From assembly GCF_963921235.1 (NCBI RefSeq), contig NC_086109.1, forward strand, positions 32,676,001 through 32,740,000: 64,000 nt of DNA, read 5' to 3'. The notes beneath the pieces were generated by a model. That model saw only the letters and a list, made by a program, of their open reading frames with translations, searched no databases and was not told the DNA's origin. A program made the position numbers and the translations under genes. Below are positions 24,218-36,729 of the stretch, in pieces. Positions within the stretch are counted from its first letter, which is position 1, and each line of letters opens with the position of its first letter. Source of the DNA: Mobula hypostoma (lineage: Eukaryota).

Positions 24218-26022
24218 TGTGGAAGTGAAGGGATGGGTTAGTAAATTTGCTGATGACACAAAGGTTGGAGGTAGTGTGGGTAGTGTGGTGAGCTGTCAGA
24301 GGTTACAACAGGGCATTGATAGGACACAAAACTGGGCTGAAAAGTGGCAGATGGAGTTCAACCCAGATAAGTGTGAGGTGGTTCATTTTGGTAGGTCAAA
24401 TATGATGGCAGAGTATAGTATTAATGGTAAGACTCTTGGCAGTGTGGAGGATCAGAGGGATCTTGGGGTCCGAGTCCATAGGACCCTCAAAGCAGCTGTG
24501 CAGGTTGACTCTGTTGTTAAGAAGGCATATGGTGCATTGGCCTTCATCAACTGTGGGATTGAATTTAAGAGCTGAGAGGTAATGTTGCAGCTATATAGGA
24601 TCCTGGTCAGACCCCACTTGGAGTACCGTGCTCAGTTCTGGTTGCCTCACTACAGAAAGGATGTGGAAACTATAGAAAGGGTGCAGATGAGATTTACAAG
24701 GATGTTCCCTGGATTGGGGAGCATGCCTTATGAGAATAGGTTGAGTGAACTCGGCCTTTTCTCCTTGGAGCGATGGAGGATGAGAGGTGACCTGATAGAG
24801 GTCTATAAGATAGACATAGACATAGACATACTTTATTGATCCCGGGGGAAATTGAGTTTCGTTACAGCTGCACCAACCAAGAATAGAGCATAAATATAGA
24901 AATACAAAAACCACAAACAATCAAAGAACAATATGCAAACTATGCCAGATGGAAATAAGTCCAGGACCAGCCTATTGGCTCAGGGTGTCTGACCCTCCAG
25001 GGGAGGAGCTGCAAAGTTCGATGGCCACAGGTAGGAACAACCTCCAGTGACGCCCAGTGTTGCATCTCGGTGGAATATGGCCAGTGTCCAACAGCAAAAA
25101 GTTCAATATCCGGGCTACAAACATGTTCCTCGATCGTAATATGACATGGATTGCACCATCCGTTGTTAACCAGAACAGCAAGCCCCCAACTCCTTTACGC
25201 TTACCGCTCTCAGTGCACTTCCAGTCAACCTGAACGGTCTGGAAGCTCTCCATGGAAAAGTTTTGGTTGGGTATGCCCACGTGCAGTCCAAGTGGAGAAC
25301 TCCTCTTCTCCATAAGTCTCTGTTGTCTCGACCCGGTCCTCTTTCCTCGCCTTTTTGATCCCCCTCTGCATCCTCTGTGTGTTTTCCTCCAGATTTCAGC
25401 CGGGGTGTCCGCTGCTCTGTTCACTAAACCGGCCGGCATAAACGCAATCAGCTGGTCCCTGGAATAAACAATGGGACCATACTGCTGCCCCGCTAATGAG
25501 ACGTGTCCGAATGTAACTACTTCCAGCACTAAAAACCCAAATAAAACTCTCTCCATGTTAGAGAGGGTGCAGCTTCAACGCGTTACCATGAAAAAAATAC
25601 AACAAATAACGTAAGTTAAAAAAGTAAGAAGAAAACAGTAAGAAAAACTTAGTCGGAACAGCTGTAACAGGCTGCATGAGATGATGAGAGGCATTGATTG
25701 TGTGGATAGTCAGAGGCTTTTTCCCAGGGATGAAATGGCTAACACAAGAGGGCACAGTTTTAAGGTGCTAGGAAGTACGTACAGAGATGATGTCAGGGGT
25801 AAGGTTTTTATGCAGAGAGTGATGAGTGCGTGGAATGGGCTGCCTGCAAAGGTGGTGGAGGTGGATGTGATAGGGTCTTTTAAGAGATTCCTGGATAGGT
25901 ACATGGAGCTTAGAAAAATAGAGGGCTATGGGTAACCTTAGGTAATTTCTAAGTAAGTACATGTTTGGCCAGCTTTGTGGCCGAAGGGCCCGTATTGTGC
26001 TGTAGGTTTTCTATGTTTCTAT
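24218..26022 (+). mobile_element. 5'-truncated CR1 LINE interrupted at 24812-25678
   Basis: [34 protein letters not shown] resumes after the insertion; TTTCTATG tail. Confidence 0.9.
24812..25678 (-). mobile_element. Non-autonomous, internally deleted Rex/Babar-type LINE (fuller copy)
   Basis: N-terminal YSRDQLIA..RKTHRGCRGG, an APE piece (ESGKRKG) and 3' UTR with (TATGTC)n tail; AGAT duplicated at both junctions. Confidence 0.8.
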
Positions 26023-26974
26023 ATGTATTACAGGGTACATTTCAGAAAAAGGCATCAGAAATAATTCCACATATCTTCAGATTAGTTCCTGGGGATCCTT
26101 CACACTGAGGGTGCATTTGAAAGACTTTACATTTATTTTGAGATTATTAGCATCAAAAACCCCTCACTGCACTATCTTGAATAAATCATTGATATTTCGA
26201 GACTATTTTAGAGGGCAATTCGCATCAACCACTTTGCTATTGGTTTGGAGCTACATAAAGTCCTCCCTGAAGCATATCTGTAAGTTTTTGCAATAATTTT
26301 AGCTTTATGCTTATTACACCATATTTATTTGGACTCTAAGCTTTAGGACTTTTGTCCAAGCTTTCTGATTAGAAGCATTACTGCATTACCATGATGTTTT
26401 CATACTCCCGTAAAGCCCCACTACACTGAACTTGCTCAGTATTGTACAAATTTTTATATGTTGGACAAGGAGTCTGACAACTTAATAGAGGGAACAGCAG
26501 AGGTGACAGAAACCTCCTGCTTGGAATACAGTTTTTTGAAGGAACGTGTTCCATTCCGGTTCTGTCTGCTTACCTCAGGCTGCAAACTGTTTAACTGGTC
26601 ACCTTCAAAAGGATCATTTCATACAAGTGCTACAAACATATTTATATCCAATAATTGTTTCACCAGAGGAATATACCAGGTCAGGGAAGCAGCCACAATG
26701 GCCTGCATTGACATTCATTGGCTACCAGTTGCATTCAAATGATATCCATTTCCAAAATACACTTGACCACCTATCAAAGGCACTGAGTGACGTCTCCATT
26801 CCTTTCATTGCTGTTCTTAATAAGGCAGAGCAGGAGTGGGCCGCGTGTGTCATTGACCCTGTCTACGATGCAATTGACCCTGTCTGATCTTGGCTTTTAT
26901 TACTCCCCTATTGCCCAATAATATACCTATCTAAGCGTTGAATACATTCAAAGTGTCAGCTATCATAGCTCGCT

Positions 26975-27520
26975 ATAGAATGTAGAGCATAGAAATCTAC
27001 AGCACATTACAGGCCCTTCGGTCCTAAATGTTGTGCTGACCATGTAACCTACACTAGAAACTGCCTAGAATTACCCGATTGCTTCGCCCTTTATTTTTCT
27101 AAGACTCTCTTAAAAGACCCTGTTGTATCCACCTCCCCCACTGTCACCAGCAGAGCATTCCACGCACCCACTACTCTTTGTGTGAAAAACTTCCCCCTTG
27201 TACCTACTTCCAAGCAGCTTAAAACTATGCCCCTCATATTAGCCATTTCAGCCCTGGGAAAAAGCCTCTGGCTATCCAAACAATCAATTCCTCTCATCAC
27301 CTTATATACCTCTGTCAGGTCACCTCTCATCCTCCGTCACTCCAAGGAGAAAAGGCCAAGTTCACTCAACCTATTCTCATAAGACACACTCTCCAATCCA
27401 GGCGACAGCCTTGTAAATCTCCTCTGCACTCTCTCCATAGTATCCACATCATTCCTGTAGAGAAGTGACCAGAACATGAAGAGCACACTAAGTGGGGTCT
27501 GACCAAGATCTTATATAGCT
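26975..27520 (-). mobile_element. CR1 3' fragment
   Basis: MRGDLTEVYKVMRGID..FFTQRVVGAWN. Confidence 0.85.
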
Positions 27521-28692
27521 ATAGACAAGAAGTCCAAAGATTTCTGGGTCTTTGAAGGATAAAAGTCTTCCTCACCTCTGTTTTATGTGGGTGGCTCCTT
27601 ATTCTAAAACCAGGCCTACTAGTTCTACATTTCTGCTTTAGAGGAAAGCATCCCCTCATCATCTAAAGCATCACGACTGATGTAGTTAGTAATCCTCCCC
27701 TTCCCCCATTGGCTTAGTTGCAGCATTTTTTTAAAAAAAGGTAATTAAGTGAATCATGTCACATTGAGACCCGTTATCATTATTTTGCAATGCAAACACA
27801 AGTTTCAACCTGAGGTGCAGCTAAGAACGATGAGCATTTAGACAAGTGCACAAAGTAGGTGCAGCTAAATTAGGCATGAATTCGGTTTTTACAAGTTTTT
27901 CCCTTGTTTAGTTTGGAAATATCTACACAAGGACAATATGAAGACAAAAATATTGTGTATGCTGCAAATCTGAAGTAAAAAAAGAGGAGAGCAGAGGTAA
28001 TGCCCAGCAAACTAGCCAGTATTCTTCGGGAAAGAAACACAATTCACATTTCATGCTGATCATTCTCCACACAGAATATTGAGAGAAGCGCAGTTATATT
28101 AAGAAGAGGATGTGATTGCCATCCTTGCAAACGGCATGAATAAAACATCGAACAGATCAATCAAATTGCAGCAAACAAAGCAAGATAGTATTCTGAAAGC
28201 AGAGTGTTACTAGCCAACTGCTGAACTGTAGTCTGTTGTGAAGAAATAGTTTGTATACTTTGCAGTATCTGAATACATCTGTTGCTAAGGATGCGCGTTC
28301 TGTTCTACGTTATAAATGTCTGCATTGTGATAAAATGTAATCAGGCTCCAGTTAATAAAATATTGGATATCAACATATGCAGTGAGCCTTTGCAGTTTAG
28401 CCACATGTTCATAATCCTAATGAAGGATTTTATTAAACTTTATGACTATATTTGATCCCTCATCCATACAGATATACAGTGCCATGCAAATGTTTGGGCA
28501 CCCCTGGTCAAAATTTCTTTTACTGTGAATAGCTAAGCGAGTAAAAGATGACCTGATTTCCAAAAGGCATAAAAGATGACACATTTCTTTAATACTTTAA
28601 GCAAGATTACTTTTTTATTTCCATCTTTTATAGTTTCAAAATAACAAAAAAAGGAAAAGGGCCCGAAGCAAAGGTTTGGGCACCCTGCATGG

Positions 28693-29712
28693 TCAGTACT
28701 TAGTAACACCCCCTTTGGCAAGTATCACAGCTTGTAAACGCTTTCTGTAGCCATCTAAGAGACTTTCAATTCTTGTTTGGGGGATCTTCACCCATTCTTC
28801 CTTGCAAAAGGCTTCTAGTTCTGTGAGATTCTTGGTCCGTCTTGCATGCACTGCTCTTTTGAGGTCTATCCACAGATTCTCGATGATGTTAAGGTCAGGG
28901 GACTGTGAGGGCCATGGCAAAACGTTCAGCTTGCACCTCTTGAGGTAGTCCATTGTGGATTTTGAGATGTGTTAGGTTCATTATCCAGTTGTAGAAGCCA
29001 TCCTCTATTCATCTTCAGCTTTCTTACTGACGGTGTGATGTTTGCTTCCAGAATTAGCTGGTATTTAATTGAATTCATTCTTCCCTCTACCAGTGAAAAG
29101 TTCCCCATGCCACTGGCTGCAACACAAGCCCAAAGCATGATCGATCCATCCCCATGCTTAACAGTTGGAGAGGGGTTCTTTTCATGAAATTCTGCACCCT
29201 TTTTTCTCCAAACATACCTTTGCTCATTGCAGCCAAAAAGTTCTATTTTAACTTCATCAGTGCACAAGACTTGTTTCCAAAATGTGTCATCTTGTTTAGC
29301 TGTTCCCTTGCAAACCTCTGATGTTGAATTTTGTGGTGAGGACTCAGGAAAGATTTTCTTCTGATGACTTTTCCATGAAGGTCATATTTGTGCAGGTGTC
29401 GCTGCATAGTAGAACAGTGCACCACCACTCCAGGGTCTGCTAAATTTTCCTGAAGGTCTTTTGCAGTCAAACAGGGTTTTGATTTGCCTTTCTAGCAATC
29501 CTACGAGCAGTTCTCTTGGAAAGTTTTCTTGGTCTTCCAGACCTCAACTTGACCTCCACTGTTCCTGTTAACTGCCATTTCTTAATTACACTATGAATTG
29601 AGAAAACAGCTACCTGAAAATGCTTTGCTATCTTCTTGTAGCCTTCTCCTGCTTTGTGGGCATCATTTATTTTAATTTTCAGAGTGCTAGGCAGCTGCTT
29701 AGAGGAGCCCAT
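28693..29712 (-). pseudogene. Tc1 transposase (DD34E-type), frameshifted
   Basis: GEGYKKIAK..GRPRKLS (paired-like HTH); TDEVKIELF, LQLDNEP, WPSQSPDLNIIENLW; AKGGVTKY terminus. Confidence 0.92.
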
Positions 29713-29942
29713 GGCTGCTGATTGTTGGGGTAAGGTTTGAGGAGTCAGGGTATTTATAAAGCCTTGAAATTTGCATCACCTGGCCTTTCTTAACGATGAC
29801 TGTGAACAAGCCATAGCCCTAACAAGCTAATTAAGGTCTGAGACCTTGGTAAAAGTTATCTGAGAGTTCAAATCTCTTGGGGTGCCCAAACTTTTGCATG
29901 GTGTTCCTTTCCTTTTTTTCACTCTAAAATTGTACAAGACAA

Positions 29943-31255
29943 TTCATCAGACAAAGTCAGCATGGATTTGTGAAAGGAAAATCATGTCTGATGAATCTTA
30001 TAGAATTTTTTGAGCATGTAACTAGTAGAGTGGATAGGGGAGAACCAGTGGATGTGGTATATTTGGAATTTCAAAAGGCTTTTGACAAGGTTCCACACAG
30101 GAGATTAGTGTGCAAACTTAAAGCACACGGTACTGGGGGTAAGGTATTGATGTGGATAGAGAATTGGTTGGCAGACAGGAAGCAAAGAGTGGGAATAAAC
30201 GGGACCTTTTCAGAATGGCAGGCAGTGACTAGTGGAGTACCGCAAGGCTCAGTGCTGGGACCCCAGTTGTTTCCAATATATATTAATGACTTGGATGAGG
30301 GAATTAAATGCAGCGTCTCCAAGTTAGCGGATGACACGAAGCTGGGCGGCAGTGTTAGCTGTGAGGAGGATACTAAGAGGATGCAGGGTGACTTGGATAG
30401 GTTGGGTGAGTGGGCAAATTCATGGCAGATGCAATTTAATGTGGATAAATGTGAAGTTATCCACTTTGGTGGCAAAAACAGGAAAACAGATTATTACCTG
30501 AATGGTGGCCGATTGGGAAAAGGGGAGGTGCAATGAGACCTGGGTGTCATTATACACCAGTCATTGAAAGTGGGCATGCAGGTACAGCAGGCAGTGAAAA
30601 AGGCGAATGGTATGCTGGCATTTATAGCAAGAGGATTCGAGTACAGGATCAGGGAGGTACTACTGCAGTTGTACAAGGCCTTGGTGAGAACACACCTGGA
30701 GTATTGTGTGTAGTTTTGGTCCCCTAATCTGAGGAAAGACATCCTTGCCATAGAGGGAGTACAAAGAAGGTTCACCAGATTGATTCCTGGGATGGCAGGA
30801 CTTTCATATGATGAAAGACTGGATGAACTAGGCTTATACTCGTTGGAATTTAGAATATTGAGGGGGGATCTGATTGAAACGTATAAAATCCTAAAGGGAT
30901 TGGACAGCTCGATGCAGGAAGATTGTTCCTGATGTTGGGGAAGTCCAGAACGAGGGGTCACAGTTTGAGGATAAAGGGGAAGCCTTTTAGGACCGAGATT
31001 AGGAAAAACTTCTTCACACAGAGAGTGGTGAATCTGTGGAATTTGCTGCCACAGGAAACAGTTGAGGCCAGTTCATTGGCTATATTTAAGAGGGAGTTAG
31101 ATATGGCCCTTGCGGCTAAAGGGATCAGGGGGTATGGAGGGAAGGCTGGTATAGGGTTCTGAGTTGGATGATCAGCCATGATCATACTGAACGGCGGTGC
31201 AGGCTTGAAGGGCCGAATGGCCTACTCCTGCACCTATTTTCTATGTTTCTATGTT
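29943..31255 (+). mobile_element. Young 5'-truncated CR1 inserted in the Tc1 TIR
   Basis: Near-identical to 34150-35462; probable TSD AAGACAA/AAAACAA; (TTTCTATG)2 tail. Confidence 0.93.
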
Positions 31256-31539
31256 AAAACAAAAATAATACACTAATCTTGCTTAAAATGTTGAAAAGAA
31301 TGTTTCATCTTTAACTTTATGACTTTTGGATATCAGTTCATCTTCTACTCATTTAACTATTCACAGTAACAGAAATTTGACCAGGGGTGCCCAAACTTTT
31401 GAATGCCACTCTATTATATTGCATAAAAGTTAACAGGTTTAATATTAAATGTAACGTATGCCCTGGGAAAATGTACTGGAAGTATTTGCGCTTACTTTTC
31501 GGACATAAAACGGTGGAATAGTCTACAAACAAGATTAAC

Positions 31540-31692
31540 ACATGCAAAACACTGAAGAGCTCAGCAGGTCAGGCAATATCTGTGGAGGGAATTAAACAGT
31601 CAATGTTTCGGACCAAGATTGATGAAGAGCCTTCGTCAGGATTGGCCTCAGCCTGAAACATAAACTGTTTCTTTCCCTCCTTAGATGCTGCC
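31540..31692. repeat. Short inverted Penelope-derived element with degenerate hammerhead remnants
   Basis: CAGCAGGTCAGGCA... arm inverted against ...AGATGCTGCCT; TGATGAAG and CCTGAAAC fragments in the centre. Confidence 0.55.
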
Positions 31693-32309
31693 TATCATGC
31701 AAACAATAAACACAAGCAAGTAGTGTTCTGAACTGAAGTCCACAAAGAGAGTCAGTCCACAAATAGTGTCCATCCAAGGACCCTTAGCTCAGGGCAGAAT
31801 GGAGCAGCAAGCCGAACTGGCCTGTACCTTGCCTCAGGCCCCAACACCCTGACCTTTTCAATCTAGCCTGGCGCCAATATCATTGTCCAAACATTGGGCT
31901 CAGTCGCCTCGATATGGTCTGGTACCTGGCCCCTGTTGCCTCAATTTGGCCTGTACCCACCTTTCCGATTCAGCAAGGCACTTAAATCATCATCCAAACA
32001 TTGGGGTTCAGTCACTTTGATATGATCAGGGGCCTCGATTCCGCTTGTACCCAACCATTCCGTTACGGCTCAGCACTTAGATCGATCGAACATCAGATCT
32101 TCTTTGTTTTGGGTGATGGGCCCACTGCCTCTCTCCACCTCGCTCCTGCTATGCATAAATGCTTCCAAGTGCAAAGGGAAGTTACATACTATTGCTTGCA
32201 ATGATCATTTGGCAGAAAAACAATGATTATCAAAGCACTTAGTCATTTTCCGTGTTTCATCAGCCTCCAGCCAGATGGTGCTGAGATTCACCAGTGCAAA
32301 TGAAACCGG

Positions 32310-32522
32310 AAGATTTACCACCATCAGGGAAGAGATACAGGAGCCTGAAGACCAACACTTAATAATTTGTGAATAGCTTCTTCTCCTCCACCATCAGATT
32401 TCTGAACCATCCACGAACACATAAACTTTGTTACTGGTCTTATTTATTTAGCGTTGTATTTTGCAGCAATTTAGTGATGAACTTCAATGATAGTAAACCT
32501 GGTTCTGATTCTGATTCTGATT
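32310..32522 (+). mobile_element. Rex-type LINE 3' fragment
   Basis: CCATCAGGGAAGAGATACAGGAGCCTGAAG; (CTGATT)n tail. Confidence 0.65.
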
Positions 32523-32545
32523 ATGGTCATAACATAATTGTATAA

Positions 32546-35462
32546 GGGCTAAGAGAGTTGTAAAAGAGCGCCTGAAGGCTTTGTGTGTCAATGCAAGGAG
32601 CATTCGTAATAAGGTGGATGAATTGAAAGTGCAGATTGTTATTAATGATTATGATATAGTTGGGATCACAGAGACATGGCTCCAGGGTGACCAAGGATGG
32701 GAGCTCAACGTTCAGGGATATTCAATATTCAGGAGGGATAGACGTGAAGGAAGGGGAGGTGGGGTGGCGTTGCTAGTTAAAGAAGAGATTAACGCAATAG
32801 AAAGGAAGGACATAAGCCGGGAAGATGTGGAATCGATATGGGTAGAGCTGCGTAACACTAAGGGGCAGAAGACGCTGGTGGGAGTTGTGTGCAGGCCACC
32901 TAACAGTAGTAGTGAGGTCGGAGATGGTATTAAACAGGAAATTAGAAATGTGTGCAATAAAAGAACAGCAGTTATAATGGGTGACTTCAATCTACATGTA
33001 GATTGGGTGAACCAAATTGGTAAAGGTGCTGAGGAAGAGGATTTCTTGGAATGTATGCGGGATGGTTTTTGGAACCAACATGTCGAGGAACCAACTAGAG
33101 AGCAGGCTATTCTGGACTGGGTTTTGAGCAATGAGGAAGGGTTAATTAGCAATCTTGTCGTGAGAGGCCCTTTGGGTAAGAGTGACCATAATATGGTGGA
33201 ATTCTTCATTAAGATGGAGAGTGACATAGTTAATTCAGAAACAAAGGTTCTGAACTTAAAGAGGGGTAACTTTGAAGGTATGAGACATGAATTAGCTAAG
33301 ATAGACTGGCAAATGACGCTTAAAGGATTGACGGTTGATATGCAATGGCAAGCATTTAAAGGTTGCATGGATGAACTACAACAATTGTTCATCCCAGTTT
33401 GGCAAAAGAATAAATCAAGGAAGGTAGTGCACCCGTGGCTGACAAGAGAAATTAGGGCTAGTATCAAGTCCAAAGAAGAAGCATACAAATTAGCCAGAGA
33501 AAGTGGTTCACCTGAGGACTGGGAGAAATTCAGAGTTCAGCAGAGGAGGACAAAGGGCTTAATTAGGAAGGGGAAAAAAGATTATGAGAGAAAACTGGCA
33601 GGGAACATAAAAACGGACTGTAAAAGCTTTTATAGATCTGTAAAAAGGGAAAGACTAGTAAAGACAAATGTAGGTCCCCTGCAGACAGAAACAGGTGAAT
33701 TGATTATGGGGAGCAAGGACATGGCAGACCAATTGAATAATTACTTTGGTTCTGTCTTCACTAAGGAAGACATAAATAATCTTCCAGAAATAGTAGGGGA
33801 CAGAGGGTCCAGTGAGATGGAGGAACTGAGCGAAATACATGTTAGTAGGGAAGTGGTGTTAGGTAAATTGAAGGGATTGAAGGCAGATAAATCCCCAGGG
33901 CCAGATGGTCTGCATCCTAGAGTGCTTAAGGAAGTAGCCCAAGAAATAGTGGATGCATTAGTGATAATTTTTCCAAACTCATTAGATTCTGGACTAGTTC
34001 CTGAGGATTGGAATGTAACTCCACTTTTTAAAAAAGGAGGGAGAGAGAAACCGGGGAATTATAGACCGGTTAGCCTAACGTCGGTGGTGGGGAAACTGCT
34101 GGAGTCAGTTATCAAGGATGTGATAACAGCACATTTGGAAAGCTGTGAAATCATCGGACAAAGTCAGCATGGATTTGTGAAAGGAAAATCATGTCTGACG
34201 AATCTCATAGAATTTTTTGAGGATGTAACTAGTAGAGTGGATAGGGGAGAACCAATGGATGTGGTATATTTGGATTTTCAAAAGGCTTTTGACAAGGTCC
34301 CACACAGGAGATTAGTGTGCAAACTTAAAGCACACGGTATTGGGGGTAAGGTATTGGTGTGGGTGGAGAATTGGTTAGCAGACAGGAAGCAAAGAGTGGG
34401 AATAAACGGGACCTTTTCAGAATGGCAGGCGGTGACTAGTGGGGTACCGCAAGGCTCAGTGCTGGGACCCCAGTTGTTTCCAATATATATTAATGACTTG
34501 GATGAGGGAATTAAATGCAGCATCTCCAAGTTTGCGGATGACACGAAGTTGGGTGGCAGTGTTCGCTGTGAGGAGGATGCTAAGAGGATGCAGGGTGACT
34601 TGGATAGGTTGGGTGAGTGGGCAAACTCATGGCAGATGCAATTTAATGTGGATAAATGTGAAGTTATCCACTTTGGTGGCAAAAATAGGAAAACAGATTA
34701 TTATCTGAATGGTGGCCGATTAGGAAAAGGGGAGGTGCAACGAGACCTGGGTGTCATTATACACCAGTCATTGAAAGTGGGCATGCAGGTACAGCAGGCG
34801 GTGAAAAAGGCGAATGGTATGCTGGCATTTATAGCGAGAGGATTCGAGTACAGGAGCAGGGAGGTACTACTGCAGTTGTACAAGGCCTTGGTGAGACCGC
34901 ACCTGGAGTATTGTGAGCAGTTTTGGTCCCCTAATCTGAGGAAAGACATCCTTGCCATAGAGGGAGTACAAAGAAGGTTCACCAGATTGATTCCTGGGAT
35001 GGCAGGACTTTCATATGAAGAAAGATTGGATGAACTGGGCTTGTACTCGTTGGAATTTAGAAGATTGAGGGGGGATCTGATTGAAACGTATAAAATCCTA
35101 AAGGGATTGGACAGGCTAGATGCAGGAAGATTGTTCCCGATGTTGGGGAAGTCCAAAACGAGGGGCCACAGTTTGAGGATAGAGGGGAAGCCTTTTAGGA
35201 CCGAGATTAGGAAAAATTTCTTCACACAGAGAGTGGTGAATCTGTGGAATTCTCTGCCACAGGAAACAGTTGAGGCCAGTTCATTGGCTATATTTAAGAG
35301 GGAGTTAGATATGGCCCTTGTGGCTACGGGGATCAGGGGGTATGGAGGGAAGGCTGGGGCGGGGTTCTGAGTTGGATGATCAGCCATGATCATAATAAAT
35401 GGCGGTGCAGGCTCGAAGGGCCGAATGGCCTACTCCTGCACCTATTTTCTATGTTTCTATGT
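32546..35462 (+). mobile_element. Young CR1 LINE (ORF2 and 3' UTR, no ORF1)
   Basis: Uninterrupted APE-RT frame; 3' UTR ending TTTTCTATGTTTCTATG. Confidence 0.95.
32581..35370 (+). CDS. CR1 ORF2: APE endonuclease-reverse transcriptase (929 codons, no native ATG)
   Basis: NARSI, GITETW, MGDFN, SDH (APE); [29 protein letters not shown] (RT). Confidence 0.9.
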   Translation: MCVNARSIRNKVDELKVQIVINDYDIVGITETWLQGDQGWELNVQGYSIFRRDRREGRGGGVALLVKEEINAIERKDISREDVESIWVELRNTKGQKTLVGVVCRPPNSSSEVGDGIKQEIRNVCNKRTAVIMGDFNLHVDWVNQIGKGAEEEDFLECMRDGFWNQHVEEPTREQAILDWVLSNEEGLISNLVVRGPLGKSDHNMVEFFIKMESDIVNSETKVLNLKRGNFEGMRHELAKIDWQMTLKGLTVDMQWQAFKGCMDELQQLFIPVWQKNKSRKVVHPWLTREIRASIKSKEEAYKLARESGSPEDWEKFRVQQRRTKGLIRKGKKDYERKLAGNIKTDCKSFYRSVKRERLVKTNVGPLQTETGELIMGSKDMADQLNNYFGSVFTKEDINNLPEIVGDRGSSEMEELSEIHVSREVVLGKLKGLKADKSPGPDGLHPRVLKEVAQEIVDALVIIFPNSLDSGLVPEDWNVTPLFKKGGREKPGNYRPVSLTSVVGKLLESVIKDVITAHLESCEIIGQSQHGFVKGKSCLTNLIEFFEDVTSRVDRGEPMDVVYLDFQKAFDKVPHRRLVCKLKAHGIGGKVLVWVENWLADRKQRVGINGTFSEWQAVTSGVPQGSVLGPQLFPIYINDLDEGIKCSISKFADDTKLGGSVRCEEDAKRMQGDLDRLGEWANSWQMQFNVDKCEVIHFGGKNRKTDYYLNGGRLGKGEVQRDLGVIIHQSLKVGMQVQQAVKKANGMLAFIARGFEYRSREVLLQLYKALVRPHLEYCEQFWSPNLRKDILAIEGVQRRFTRLIPGMAGLSYEERLDELGLYSLEFRRLRGDLIETYKILKGLDRLDAGRLFPMLGKSKTRGHSLRIEGKPFRTEIRKNFFTQRVVNLWNSLPQETVEASSLAIFKRELDMALVATGIRGYGGKAGAGF

Positions 35463-36149
35463 TATTAACTCTTCCTCTCCCCAGTCTTAAATATGCTCCG
35501 CATTTAAGATGAGAAGTGAGTGATCTTCTGGAAACATAAAAGATTCAGATGAGAGTTGACAGGATGAACATCGAGAGGAATTTTCCTAGTGGGGATGTCT
35601 AGATTTAGGAGACATTGTTTCAGAGTAAGGAGTCATCCATTTTAGACAGAGGTGAGGCGAAACAGCTTTTCTCAGAGGTTTGTGACTGTTTTTCTTTACG
35701 TCAGAGAATTGAACAGAAGAGTGATAGAATATAGGTCGATACTAACTGAAGCTGAACTTAAAGGACTCAAGCGGTGTGGAGACAGAAGAGGAAGTGGTGT
35801 TCAGCCCAAAATTGAATCACTGATGTTTTTATTGAACAATGAACTCACAAACAAACCAGTGTCCTTGGCTGACTGGGTTAGGGCTTTTCGGTGGTTCCTT
35901 TCATCTTCAATGAAAGGAAAAACCTGTCTGTGGGGTGGAAAAAGCAAACACACCACTACCAATTGCATCATCAGTGCAAATGCTCCCAATCTTGTCATTT
36001 CATTAGCTGTCTCTCCAAATGCACATAAATGCTGTCATTGGAGCTCTGAAATTGAGCGTCCCTGTGGTGAAAGTGAACTGATAAATATACCATTTTAACC
36101 ACACCACCTTTGCAACTAAGCTACTGCTAAGGCGTACACAAAGGGACCA

Positions 36150-36520
36150 CATCATAATTACAAAATTAGAAGGGGTATAGATAGCCTAAATGCAAGCTGG
36201 GTTTTCCACTGAGGTCGGGTCAGACTAGAACAAGAGCTCATAGGTTAAGGGTGAAATGTGAAATGCTTAAGGGAAACATGAGAGGGAACTTGTTCAGTCA
36301 GAGGGTTTTGAGAGTGTGGGACAAACTGTCAGCAGAAGTGGTGGGTACTGGTTCAATTTCAAAACTTAAGAGAAATTTGGATAGGTACATGGATGGGAGA
36401 GAGATGGAGGGTTATGGTCTGAGTGCAATGGGACTAGGCAGAATAATAATAATAATGACTAGACACAGGCAATATGAGCCAAGGGTCAGTTTCTGTAGTG
36501 TGGTGTTCTATGATTCAGTG
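36150..36520 (+). mobile_element. CR1 3' fragment
   Basis: MRGNLFSQRVLRVW..LDRYMD. Confidence 0.75.
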
Positions 36521-36547
36521 ACTGTACATCAGAAAATGCAAATTATA

Positions 36548-36632
36548 GATAGATAGGTATACTTTATTGATCCCGAGAGAAAGTGGGTTTCGTTACAGCC
36601 GCACCAACCAAGAATAGAGCATAAGTATAGCT
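36548..36632 (-). mobile_element. 3' tip of the non-autonomous Rex-type family (third copy)
   Basis: ATACTTTATTGATCCC...GTTTCGTTACAGCCGCACCAACCAAGAATAGAGC matches 5366-5430 and 24828-24892. Confidence 0.8.
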
Positions 36633-36729
36633 CTATTGGAGGACTGCAGGATCTGAAGGAAATCAATTCATTGAAAGAATTTAAGGAGATTGATCATGTG
36701 TAGAATCAAAATGTCCACTTGCAGAGCAA

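Larger units (their letters stand above)
28477..31411 (-). mobile_element. Tc1 (IR/DR-type) DNA transposon fossil
   Basis: TA|CAGTG...CACTC|TA; ~210-bp TIRs with internal repeats (GTTTGGGCACCC); right TIR split by a CR1. Confidence 0.92.

Noticed and set aside
26458..26887. Overlapping 94/113-aa ORFs in unique sequence
   Set aside because: No recognisable domain; length compatible with chance
32712..35393. Long minus-strand ORFs (258, 134 and 230 aa)
   Set aside because: Antisense shadows of CR1 ORF2; the same text recurs opposite other CR1 copies
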